Source: the human T2T-CHM13v2.0 reference genome, Homo sapiens
NCBI RefSeq assembly: GCF_009914755.1
Contig: NC_060927.1
DNA length: 64,000 bases
Direction: 5' to 3' (one strand)
Part shown: piece by piece, positions 38,695-54,490 of the stretch
How positions within the stretch are numbered: the first letter of the stretch is position 1
How the letters are laid out: each line of letters opens with the position of its first letter
The notes under the pieces: model-generated
Databases searched by the model: none
Told to the model about the DNA's origin: nothing
The model's input: the letters and a program-made list of their open reading frames with translations, nothing else
Program-made: the position numbers and the translations under genes

Positions 38695-40934
38695 CGAAAT
38701 TCAACATCTTTTCAAAGTAAAAACTCAACAAATTAGGTATATTAGAAATATACCTCATGAAGGACTAATATGACAAGCTCACAGCTAACATTATGCAGAA
38801 AAACAATGAAAAACTCAGAGTTTTTCTTCTAAGATCAGCAACAAGACAAGATTGCCCATCTTACCACTTCTATTAAACATAGTTCTGGAAGCACTATCCA
38901 GAACAATTAGTTAAGAAAAAAGGAATAAACCGCATATAAATCATAGAGGATGAAATTAAACTTTCTCTGTTTGCAGACATGATTGTAAATATAGAAAACC
39001 CTGAAGAATCTGTCTAAAATCTGTTAGAAATAATAAAAAAATTTAGTAGAGTTGCAGGATACAAAATAAAAATACAAAAATTCATTGTTTTTATATGCTA
39101 ACAATGAATTATCCAAAAAATAAATTAAGAAACAATCCCATTCACAATATATCAAAAAGAATAAATACTTAGGAATAAATTTAACCAAGCAGATAAAAAA
39201 TCTGTAGACTTACAACTAAAAGACGTTGATAAAAGAAATTGAGGAAAACACAAATAAATAAAACATTCCATGTTCATAGATTGCAATAGTTAATATTGTT
39301 AAAATATCCATACTATCTAAAAGTTATCTACTAATTCAATTTAATATCTATGAAAATTCCAATGGCATTTTTCACAGAAATAGAAAGAAGTCTTCAAAGT
39401 CTTCAAATTTTAATGAAGTCATGAGTAGCTAATGCAATTTTGAGCAACAACAAACCTGGAGGCACCATATTTCTAATTTCAAACTATGTTACAAAGCTCT
39501 TGTAGTCAAAACAGTGTGGTACTGGCATTAAAGTAGACACACAGACCAGTAAGAAAAAGATAGAGAGCCCAGAAATAAACCCATGCATATTCAGTCAACA
39601 AATCATTGACGAGAATGCCAGAAATGCATTATGGAGAAAGGGTAGTGTTGGGAAAACTGGATATCCACATGGAAAAGAATAAAATTATATTAGAAAACAT
39701 TAACAACATTATATTGCTCAAAAATTAACTTGACGTGGATTAAGTCTTAATTGTAAGACCTGAAACAGAAAACTCCTAGAAGAAAACATAGGGAAAGTAT
39801 TCTTTGATACTGACTTTGACAATGAATTTTTTGGTATGACACCATAAGTACAGGCAAGAAAAGCAAAAATCAGTGGGACTACATTAAACTAAAAACTTCT
39901 GCACAGCAAAAGAAATGATCAACAAAATGAAAAGGCAATTTTAAAAATGTGAGAAACTATTTGCAAAAAACATATCTGATAAAGGATTAATATCCGGAAT
40001 CTATAAGGAGATTGTACAACATAATAGCAGAAAAAAGATAAAAACGAAGAAAAATCCACCTAATTTAAAAAAATGGGCACAAACCTTGAATGGACATTTT
40101 TCAAAAGAAGACTCTCAAATAGCCAAGAGGAATATGTAATATATATGAATATATATGAATATCACTATTCATCAGGGAAATGTAAATCAAAAGCATAATG
40201 AGATATCACCTCAAATGGGTCAGAATGGCTATAAATAAACAGACAAAAGATAACAAGTGTTGGCAAGGATATGGAGAACAATAGATCCTTGCACACCATT
40301 AGTGGGAATGTAAACTGGTACACCCATTATAGAAAACAGTAGAAAGATTCCTCAAGAAATTAAAATTATAACCACCACGTAATTCTTTAATTTCACTTCT
40401 GAGTATACATCCAAAATAAATGACATCAGTATCTCAAAGAGATAGCTGCACCCGAATGCGTACCACAGTTTTTTCGAAATATCCAAAATATGCAGTCTGT
40501 CCATTGACATATAAATGGATTGAAAAAAATGTGGTATGTTTGTATATGTGTGTGTGTACATGTGTGGAATATTATTCAACTATAAAAAGAAGGAAACCCT
40601 ACCATTTTTTACAAGATGGTTGAACCTGGAGGATATCAGGCTAAGTGAAACAAGCCAGATGTGGAAAGACAAATATTGTATAGCCTTCCTTATATGTGGA
40701 CTCTAAAAATGTCACACTCATAGAAACACTAAGTTGTAGAAGCAAGTTTGCCAGGGGCAAGGGATGGAGGTGGTGGAATTAAGGAGATGTCAGTAAAAGA
40801 ATACACACATTCAGTTATAAAATGAGTAGATTTGGGGGATCTTATGTACAACATGATGACCCTAGTTAATAATACAGTATTGTTTAATTGAATTTTCCTA
40901 AGAGAGTAATGAATGTTAAGTGTCCTCACCACAC

Positions 40935-40974
<40 letters not shown>

Positions 40975-41097
40975 TAATGGTCATAAATGTGTTAATTTAG
41001 TAATCATTATATTGTGTATACCTATATCAAATAATTGTATAAACCTTGAATATAAATAATTTTTGTCAATTATTTTTCTCAATAAAACTGGAAAAAG
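38695..41097 (+). mobile_element. L1MA9/10-like LINE, ORF2 3' half plus 3'UTR, decayed
   Basis: ORF2-like CTCTGTTTGCAGACATGATTG, AAATACTTAGGAATAAATTTAACC; 3' end TGTCAATTA...CTCAATAAAACTGGAAAAA. Confidence 0.88.
40938..40972. repeat. (CA)17 microsatellite
   Basis: Read directly. Confidence 0.9.
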
Positions 41098-41153
41098 AGA
41101 CAAAAGAAAACAAATACAAATAATCTTTAAAACATTATGAAATTTATTAAATA

Positions 41154-41486
41154 TAGTCATGCCTCAGTATACATGAGAGATTGGTTCTAAGACCCAACAT
41201 GGATACTAAAATGCACAGATGCTCAAGTCCTTTATGTAATGTTACATAGTATTTTAATATAACCTATACATAGCCTCCTGCATAATTTAAGTCACTTCCA
41301 GATTGCTTATGATATCTAATACAATGTAAATACTATGTAAATTGTAAATTCATTGCTTAGGTAGTAATAATAAAAAAGAAGTTTGTATATGTTTAGTAAA
41401 GAGGCAACCATCATTTAAAAAAGTATTTCAATTCATGGTTGGTTGAATCCACAGATATGGGACCCATGGATATGGAGGGTCAACTG
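41154..41486 (+). mobile_element. MER2 (Tc1/mariner-Tigger MITE)
   Basis: TAGTCATGCCTCAGTATAC...GATGCTCAAGTCC...GGTTGAATCCACAGAT...GGATATGGAGGGTCAACTG TIR ends. Confidence 0.88.
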
Positions 41487-41534
41487 CAATCAGAAATTTT
41501 AATACTAAACCTGATAGTCAATACTATTCAAGTT

Positions 41535-42205
41535 TGTCAGGGAACAACAGGTGCTGGAGAGGATGTGGAGAAATAGGAACACTTTTACACTGTTGGTGGG
41601 ACTGTAAACTAGTTCAACCACTGTGGAAGTCAGTGTGGCAATTCTTCAGGGATCTAGAACTAGAAATACCATTTGACCCAGCCATCCCATTACTGGGTAT
41701 ATACCCAAAGGATTATAAATCACGCTGCTATAAAGACACATGCACACGTTTGTTTATTGTGGCACTATTCACAATAACACAGACTTGGAACCAACCCAAA
41801 TGTCCAACAATGATAGACTGGATTAAGAAAATGTGGCACATATACACCATGGAATACTATGCAGCCATAAAAAATGATGAGTTCATGTCCTTTATAGGGA
41901 CATGGATGAAGCTGGAAACCATCATTCTCAGCAAACTATCTCAAGGACAAAAAACCAAACACCACATGTTCTCCCTCATAGGTGGGAATTGAACAATGAG
42001 AACACATGGACACAGGAAGAGGAACATCACACACTGGGGCCTGTTGTGGGGTGGGGGGAGGGGGGAGGGATAGCATTAGGAGATATACCTAATGTAAATG
42101 ATGAGTTAATGGGTGCAGCACACCAACATGGCACATGTATACATATGTAACAAACCTGCACGTTGTGCACATGTACCCTAAAACTTAAAATATAATAAAA
42201 AAAAA
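41535..42205 (+). mobile_element. L1PA4-like 5'-truncated LINE
   Basis: ORF 41534-41992 is the ORF2 C-terminus (RCWRGCGEIGTLLHCWWDCKLVQPLWK...MFSLIGGN); G-rich 3'UTR; A tail. Confidence 0.95.
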
Positions 42206-42209
42206 TTTA

Positions 42210-42445
42210 GATCTGATAATGATATTGTGAACACATCATAAAAATAGAGCCCTTATATTTTAGAGATAAACAAGAAATACTGAAAAATTATAGTTTGGGA
42301 TTCGTTTCAAAATAATATGGAAGGAGGATATCAGATAATATTGATTATGAGTTGATAATTTTTGAAGGTAGGTAATGAGTTCATAGAAGCTCCCTAATAT
42401 ATTATGTATAGTTTTATAAGTTTGAAATATTCCCTCACAAAGCAG
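42210..42445 (+). mobile_element. Old L1MC/ME 3'-end fragment (likely continuous with pieces at ~38500-38690 and 41110-41530)
   Basis: GATAATGATATTG...CCTTATATTTTAGAGATA...TTCAAAATAAT...GAGTTGATAATT...TTTGAAATATTCC. Confidence 0.6.
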
Positions 42446-42699
42446 AAAAAAAAAAGAAAAGATATTGCCATAATACAGATTGTCTATGAAATAACAATGC
42501 AGAATTATAATAAAATTGTAGGTATTCTTATTTTACTCTAATCAAAAGAAAAAAATAAACAATGTTTAACTTGATTTGTTTTTTTCACCAAAATAAAAAA
42601 AGAGAAGCAAATGAAAATTCAAAATAATAGCTCTAATTTATTTGGTTTGTTTAATGTGTTTTGTAATATATTCAGCGTGGAAACCAAGTTATCTTATTT

Positions 42700-42830
42700 T
42701 ATTTTTATAACAACCCTACAGTAGATGCTAGTAGCCTCATTTTATACATAGAGAAACTGAGGTTCAGAGATTAGAAAAACCAGGGTTAACCAAATATTTT
42801 CAGTTGTAAAGTCAGGAATTTTATCTCATG
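42700..42830 (-). mobile_element. MIR core
   Basis: ACAACCCTA...CTCATTTTATACATAGAGAAACTGAGGTTCAGAGA. Confidence 0.75.
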
Positions 42831-43115
42831 ACATGATATCATGATATTTGACAAGATCTTTTGATTTGAAAGTGCCTGTCTTTCACTGATCATATAATTA
42901 AAATACACAAACCATGAAACGAACACTTGCAAAATCAATTAGGAAGATAAAATATATCTATTTGGATTTAATTAGAAAGTTAAAAACTGTAGGACTTTCA
43001 ACCAAAGATTTAATATAGAAAATTAAGTACTTTCAAAATTATTGAGAATGCTGTAGACACAAAATTCAAGTCTACCACTGAACTATCCATTTCAAGGGCA
43101 CTCAAGCATAGCTGG

Positions 43116-43862
<747 letters not shown>

Positions 43863-44974
43863 ACTGCGAACCATATGCTGCTTCTACCTGCTCCCACTGC
43901 CACTGCCACTGGCAGCCAAAAGCTGGTGATTGCCCTGGAATCTTGAGCCTGGCCTCCACAAGAACATCGCTTTGAATTTTGATGCTAGCAGCAATAGCAG
44001 CAAGCAGATGAGCTCTTTCTGAATTTGACCATCCAAATAATTCACGTCCAGTACTCTAATTGCAATGGATAGTAGGATCTTAGTTGTAAACTTTCTAATT
44101 ACTTTGATACATCAAGTTACAAACAATGACGAATGGTTAAACGTACAAATCAATAAAGGTGAAACACCACATTAGCAGAATGAAAGACAAAAACCATATG
44201 ATCTCAATAGATGTAGAAAACACATTTGATAAAATTCAACATCCCTGCATAATAAAAACTTGCAACAATGTAGGTATAAAATGAATGTATGTCAACACAA
44301 TAAAGATCATATATGACAAACCCACTGTTAATATTATACTAAACAGGGAAATGTTTAAAGCTTTTTTCCTAAGAACTGGAATGAGAAAAGGATGCTCACT
44401 TTGATCACTCTTACTCAACATAGTACTGTAAGTACTAGTTAGATTAATTAGGCAAGAGAAAGAAATAAAGGACATTCAAATTTGAAAAAGAGGAAGTCAA
44501 AATGCCTGTGTTTCCATGACATAATCTTATATAGAGAAAAACCTAACAACTCCAGCGACAACAGAAACCCCTTAGAACTGATCAACAAATTCAGTAAAGC
44601 TGCATAATACAAAATCAACATATACACATTAGTAACATTATTATACATCAACAATGAACTAGCTGAAAATCTCATTTATAATAGCTACAAAAAATAAATA
44701 AAACAAAATACCTAGGAGTAAATATAACCAAGGAGGTAAACATTTCTACAATTAAAATTACAAAACATTGATGAAAGAAATTGAAGGGAACACACAAAAT
44801 TGAAAAGACATCCCGTATTCATGGTTTGAAGAATGAATGTTGTTAAATTGTCCATACTATTCAAACCAATCTACAGATAAAATGCAATGCATATCAAATT
44901 ACAAATGTCATTCTTCAAAGAAATAAAAAATCTGGAGATCTATATAAAGCCACAAAAGACACTGGATAGCCAAG

Positions 44975-45072
44975 GAAACATCCCATGTTCCCCATAAATA
45001 TATACACCTAACCATGTACCCACAATTTGTTTAAACACAAAATTAAAATTTAAAAAATGCTTATTAAAAAAG
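44975..45072 (+). mobile_element. Very short L1MA 3'-terminal insert nested within L1 ORF2
   Basis: AACATCCCATGTTCCCCATAAATATATACACCTAACCATGTACCCACAA plus A-rich tail, interrupting the ORF2 sequence GATAGCCAAG|...GAGCAAAAAGAACAAAGCTG. Confidence 0.7.
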
Positions 45073-45375
45073 AAATTCCGAGCAAAAAGAACAAAGCTGA
45101 AGGCATCACGCTACCTGACTTATGAAATACTATAGTCATAGAAACAAAAATATCACAGTAGTGGCATAGAAACAGACACCAGTAGAACAGAGTAGAGAAC
45201 CCCAAAATAATTCCACATATTTACATCCAATTGATTTTTGACAAAATTGCCAAGAAAATATATTGAGGAAAGACACTCTTCAATAACTTGTGCTGGTAAA
45301 ATTGCATATCCATATGCAGAAGAATGAAACTAGACCCCTCTTGCTCATCACATAAAAAAATTAAAATGAATTAAA

Positions 45376-45680
45376 GGCCAGGTGTGGTTGGTTAAACTTA
45401 TAATCCCTGCACTTTGGGAGGCCAAGTAGGGGTAGATTTCTTGAGCTCAGGAGTTCAAGAACAGCCTGGTCAACATGGCAAAACTCCCTCTCTACAAAAA
45501 AATATAAAAATTAGCTATATATGGTGGTGCACGCCTGCAGTCCCAGGTACTCGTGAGGTTGGGGTGAGAGGACTGCTTGAGCCCAAGGAGGTAGAGGCTG
45601 TAGAGATCCATGATTGTGCCACTGCACTGCAGCCTGGGCAACAGAATGCACCCTGTCTCAAAAAAAAAAAAAAAAAAAAA
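45376..45680 (+). mobile_element. AluJb-like
   Basis: TTGAGCTCAGGAGTTC; GAGGACTGCTTGAGCCC; TSD AAAATGA(A/G)TTAAA. Confidence 0.92.
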
Positions 45681-47054
45681 TGAGTTAAAGACTTCAATCT
45701 AAGACCTCAAACTATGAAACTACTAAGTAAAAATACTGGAGAAACTCTCTGGGACATTGATCTTGGCAAAGATTTTTCTTGTGTAATAGCCCAAAAGCAC
45801 AGACAACCAAAGCAAAAATGGAGAAATGTACAGCTAGAAAGCTAGAAGCTAGAAAGCTTCTGTACAGCAAAGGAAACAATAAAAAAGTGAAGTGATAACC
45901 CCCAGAATGGGAGAAAATACTTGCAAACTCTCCATCTGACAAGTGTTTAGCAACCAGAATACATAAAGGAACTGAAACAACTCAATAGGAAAAAATGTAA
46001 TAATATAATTAAAGAATAGACAAAATATATAAATAGACATTCCTCAAAAGAACACATACAAATGGCAATCAGGCATATGAAAATGTGCTTAACATCACTG
46101 ATTATTAGAGAAATGCAAATTAAAACTATACTGAGATTTTACATTACCCCCGTTAAAATGGCTTTTATCCAAAAGACAGGCAGTAACAAATGCTGGCAAA
46201 GATGTGAAAAACAGAGAACTCTCATACACTGTTGGTGGGAATGTAAATTAGTACAGCCACTACGGAGAACAGTAGGAAGGTTCCTCTAAAAAGTAAAGAT
46301 AGAACTCTTATATAATCCAGCAATCCCACTGCTAGGAATTTACCCAAAAGAAAGGAAGAAAGGAAATCAATGTATCGAAGAGATCCACACTCCCAAGTTT
46401 ATTGCAGCAGTGTTCACAACAGCCAAGATTTGCAAACAGCTTAAGTGTCCATCAACAGATAAATGGATAAAGAAAATGTTATACACACACACACACACAG
46501 ACACACACACACACACACACAAAGGAGTACTCCTCTTCCACAAAAATGAATTGTATCTGCTCGTTTGCAACAATATAAAGGACATTATATTACATGAAAA
46601 AAGCCAGGCACAGAAAGACAAACTTCACATGTTCTCACTCATTTGCAGTAGCTAAAAATTAAAAGAATTGAGCTTATGAAAATGGAGATTAGAATGATGA
46701 TTACCAGAGGCTGAGATGGGTACTGGTGAGTAGTAGGTAAGAGGAAATAATGGATAGAAAAATATAATTAGAAAGAATGAATAAAATATAGTATTTGATA
46801 GCACAGAGGGTGACTATAGTCAACAATAATTTATACTACATTTTAAAATAACTAAAAGAGTAGAACTGGAATATTTGTAGAACAAAGAAATGATAAATGC
46901 TTGAGGTGATGGATACCTGATTTACCTTGATGTGATTTTTACACATTGTATGCCTGTATCAAAATATCTCATGTAGCTTATACGTATATGCAGCTATTAT
47001 TTTCAAAAAATACATAAAACAACACATTTAAAATAATAGTAAAATAAAAGTCCA

Positions 47055-48050
47055 TAAAAATGGTGCTGGGAAAACTAGATATCCATATGCAGAAGAAGGA
47101 ACCAGACTTTTACTCTCACTGCACAAAAATCCACTCAAAGTGGATGAAAAACTTAAATGTGAGACCCGTAACTATAAAACTACCAGAAAAAAGAGTAGGA
47201 GAAATGGTTTGGGACATTTCTCTGAGTGAAGATTTATGGGTGAGGCCTCAAAACCATGTGAAACAAAACCAAAAGTAGACAAATAAGATTATATCAAACT
47301 AAAAAGTTCTGCATAGCAAAGAAAAGCATCAACACAGTAAAGCAACAACCTGCAGAATGGGAGAAAATATTTGCAAATGATTAATGTGACAAAAGATTAA
47401 TATCCAGAATACACAAAAAACTTAATAGCCAAATAACAACCAATCCAATTAAAACTCTGTAATTTAACTGAATAGACATTTCTGAAAACAAGATATATAC
47501 TTAGCAATCAGGTATATGAAAAAATGCTCAACATCACAATGAAATACTTTTCAGCCATAGAAAAGAATTAAATCCTGTCACTCATGGCAACACAAATGAG
47601 CAGGACATTTTGTTAAATGAAACAAGCCAGGCATAGGAAAAGAAATACCGCATGTTGTCATTCATATGTGGAAGCTAAAAACATTTGTCTCATACATGTA
47701 GAGAGTAGATTCGTGGTTTACTAGAAGCTGAGAAGGGGAGGGTAAGGGGCGGTTAGTGAGAGGTTGCTAGATAGATACAAAATACATCCAGACAGAAGGA
47801 ATAATGTATAATATAATTTATATTTTTCCATAGCGCTTTAGGATCACTATAGTTAAAAATAATTCATCATATTTTTTCAAATAGCTAGAAGAGAGAATTT
47901 TGAATGATTCCAACATAAAAAAAAGATAAATATTTGAGGTGATGGATATGCTAATTACACTAATTTTAACATTGTATACATGTATCAAATTATCTGTACC
48001 TCATAAATTGTTATGCACAATTATTATGTGTCAATTAAAATAATTTTAAA
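47055..48050 (+). mobile_element. L1MA4/5-like fragment with an internal deletion near 47535
   Basis: AAATGGTGCTGGGAAAACTAGATATCC...; 3' end AAATAGCTAGAAGAGAG...ATTATGTGTCAATTAAAA. Confidence 0.82.
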
Positions 48051-50799
48051 ATGCTGTTTTCTTTGTTTCCTTAGAGTTTAAATTTATCAGACCCTTCTGA
48101 ATATTTTCTTCCTTGGTAATGACAGGACATTGCGAATGAAGTATGGTTAGGACATATTCTTTTGCATGAGGCCTTTCAACTACCTTGAACTTGGGAATGG
48201 CATCAGGTAAAAATTTACGTTACAAAAATCCAAATATGTGAGCCCATGAAAATGAATTATATATAGTAAAGTTGAATTTTTATATATATACTTTATTGTA
48301 TATGTCCAAAAGCATATATATATATAAACATTTATATTTCACATGATTTTCAAGTGTTTATATATACAATTGTGCATATTATTTGTGGGTGATTTAAAGA
48401 CTTTAAATTATTATTTTTAATTAATGAAATTTTTTCTCCCTCAAAAAAAGATACGAAAAAGGAAGTGAAAATGGAATGTCAGGTACAAGCCAGCTAGAGT
48501 CAATACACACAATTAGTCTATTTAACCAAATGTTACTTAAAACTTGCACAGTTAACTCTTGTAAATAAAACAGATTTCCTTTCATATTTCTATAATTTTA
48601 AAAACTGCTAACTAAATATGTTAACATTTAAGCCATTGTTTACAATATATTCTTGAATCTAGTTTTCAAAATCCACATGTTTTGCTTACACTTGAAAAAA
48701 TTCTTACTTTTTTTGTGTGTTCTTGAAAGTCTGCTTAGCCTGAATTATTGTTCCTTTTTTTATGCAATGGGCAAATTGAACCTGGCTTTCTAAGTGTGAT
48801 TTGTACAGCTTTTTGCTGTCTGCTCATACTCAAATTTTATAACTTACTCTGTTTTACAATCTACTGTATAAGTTCTAACTTAATGTATTTTCATAGCAAG
48901 CTTCAACAAAGAATTTAATAGAGTCTGAGTCTGAGTCATTCCTCCTAGGACTCTAAAATTTAGACAAGTATTAACATTTTAGTGGTATCTTAATGTCAGC
49001 ATGTAAATATTAATTTATTGACACAATAGTCAATTCATAACAACTTAAATTGCAAGAGATTTCAATGAACATTTTAAAAATTAAAGTGTCTTGGACTTTC
49101 TTCAGTTGTGATACATTTTACAATTTGTACATTGTTTTCTCAAAATTAAAGAATACAATTTATGAAATGTGTTTGTTACAATAGCTAAACGTTATAGCTT
49201 AATATTACTTCTGGCTTTTTAGTTTAAAAGAAACAAACAAAAAGGCTGTGAATAAACATCAAGCAGACATCTTTTAAATAAAAAATAATCTTGAAGTACA
49301 ACAGCTGATCTCACAGTGTTACAAATAAGAATTGTATCTCCACCACGATTTGAAAGAAATTTCTGCTTAGCTCTACAAACATGTTTAAGCAAATATTTGA
49401 ATATTTCTATATTAGAAGCCATCCTTTTTGCTTTGTGTGTTGGAAATAAGAGAAAAATTGTTAGAATACTGTATTACTATATCTGTATTAATTTTGGGTA
49501 AAATCACTCCATCAATTACTAAGAATCATTCATTTAATTCTCAGTAGCTAAGCTGGAAGATGAATCACATAGATGACTCAAATATGTAAAACTTTTCAGT
49601 CAAGCCTGAAACTACTTCTTATATAGAGTACAAAAAATACCCTTCAAAAGTTGAGGAAACAAAGCAAAAACAACCAAAAAATATTTTCAAGGTAATTTTT
49701 TTCTTCTTACGTTGTGTTTCTCTACTTAGTCACTCATACTTCATTAATAAGTTTAGTTTAATTATAAAAATATTGAACTCTGTTAATAATTAGTAACTTT
49801 AAAATAAAATAATATTTAATTTTCTTGCAATCTAAACATTCAGCAAAGAGTAATAGATAATGTATAGTAAATATATAAATTTAATAAAATTAAGATTTAT
49901 TTGCATTTCTCGAGTTATTCAGCCCACTGTGATTCCTAGTTATTACAGACAATGGCCTCTTAATAAACACTTGCAGGCTGATTCTTGCACACAATATGGA
50001 GATTTGGGAGCATGGTATCAAGTCACTGGGGTCACAGACACAACCTCTTGAATGATTCCTCTGCCGCTGTCTACTTTATGCCCATAGTGCTGTTTGCATA
50101 GTCTTTTATAACTTAAATTTGATCATGTTCGTTTCTAAAAATCACTCCATGGTTAATTTAAGGTTAACATTTCACATTTGCGAATCATACAAAGACAAAC
50201 TAGACTGCCAGTATCATACCCTGCCTCTTGCCACATGTTTGCTTACGTCTGTTATATTTTATTATGCACCCTGTGCCTGGAAAATGTATTTCTATCCTGC
50301 TTGGCTCCTGTGCACCCTTCAACACTTGAGTTGTGTGTTATTTTTTTCTGGGAAGCTTTCCAATTCTCCTCCAGACAGAGTTAGTTGCCCCTGCCCTCTG
50401 TTCACAGAAACACCCAGTGGGGCTGGAGGTGAGAAAACTGTGTGCCAGAATAAATCTTACTTTTGAGAAAATATTCATATGGGTCAAGGCTGTCTTGGTA
50501 TTTTCTAGGCATCTCAGTTCCTCAGAATAGCCCTAGAGGAACAATTTTTTCTCAAGGGTAAGTTGTCTCTTGACTGGTTTCAGTGGCTGTGCTTCAATCT
50601 GCATTCCCTATAGAAAACATGAGCCAATGTCTGTTGTCACTGTGGTTGGTGGAAGAGGTGGAATTGAATCTGGAGATGGTCAAGCCAGTGAGTCCCTTCA
50701 TGAATTGGAAAATGAGACACAAAAAAATTATCACCAATTTTTTTTTTCATTTTTTAAAATTTTGGTTTCCCTCTGGTCTCTTAACTTATGAACTTAGGA

Positions 50800-53640
<2,841 letters not shown>

Positions 53641-53859
53641 CATCTGGCTATTATCTTCTTAACTGAAGACGAAGGAAGTAAAAGACAATTATCCAGAGAT
53701 ATAAAAGGAAGCAGACATATAGAAACAGGAAGCAATAGTAAATGAAAAGACATGTCTCTCTTGGGGCCTATGACTTTCCAGTCTTTGGTTTCAGTCAGTG
53801 AGACCCAGCTGCATCTTTGCTACCATATTCTGTATGGTATTGAAATATTCTTAGGACAT

Positions 53860-54490
53860 ATCACTTTTTGGATAGGATTAATGCAAAAAATAAATCTAAT
53901 ACATTAAAAATATTACCTTAAAATGATGAAAATAATTTAATGCAATGAATTTCTATAAATTAGTATACAGAAATTTATTATAGAAATTGGCTCACATGCC
54001 AAGATCGTGCTACTGCACTTCAGCCTGGCGACAAAGCAAGACTCAATCTCAAAAAAAAAAAAAAAATTGGCTCACATAATTATAGAAATAAAAAATCTCA
54101 TGATCTATCCTCTGTAAGCTGAAGAAACAGGATATAATGTGCTGTAATTCAGTCCAAGTCCAAAAGCCTGATAACTGGGGGCTGATGGTCTAAGTCCTAA
54201 TCTGCATCTGAACCAGGTGCATCTTTGCTACCATATTCTACATGGCATTGAAGGGCAGAAAGGCAGAAGAAGATGGAAATTTTGGCTCAAGTAGAGAAAG
54301 AGAATTCTCCATACTCTCTCTTTTTGTTCTATTTAAACTCTCAGCAGATTGGATGATGCCAAGCCATATTGGAGAGGCCCATCTGCCTTAATCGGTTCAC
54401 TAATTCATACGCTGCTATCCTTCAGAATCACCCTCACAATCCAACCCAGAAATAACGTTTCACCAGCTATCTAAGGGGCCCAGTCAGATG
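53860..54490 (-). mobile_element. MLT2B-type ERV-L LTR (3' LTR of the adjacent internal segment)
   Basis: AATTGGCTCACA...GTAATTCAGTCCAAGTCCAAA...GATTGGATGATGCC...CACCCTCACA...CCCAGAAATAA...CCAGCTATCT. Confidence 0.82.
53998..54063 (+). mobile_element. Severely 5'-truncated AluSc-type insertion with 14-bp TSD
   Basis: GCCAAGATCGTGCTACTGCACTTCAGCCTGGCGACAAAGCAAGACTCAATCTC plus A tail; TSD AAATTGGCTCACAT at 53984-53997 and 54064-54077. Confidence 0.92.

Larger units (their letters stand above)
44130..47010 (+). mobile_element. L1MA2/3-like LINE, ORF2 3' half plus 3'UTR
   Basis: ORF2 remnants ([30 protein letters not shown]); 3'UTR GGGTGACTATAGTCAACAATAATTT...GCTTGAGGTGATGGATACC. Confidence 0.88.

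Noticed and set aside
41534-41992. 152-aa open ORF with a Cys-rich motif
   Set aside because: C-terminus of L1 ORF2p in a 5'-truncated L1PA; no promoter and a non-ATG start.
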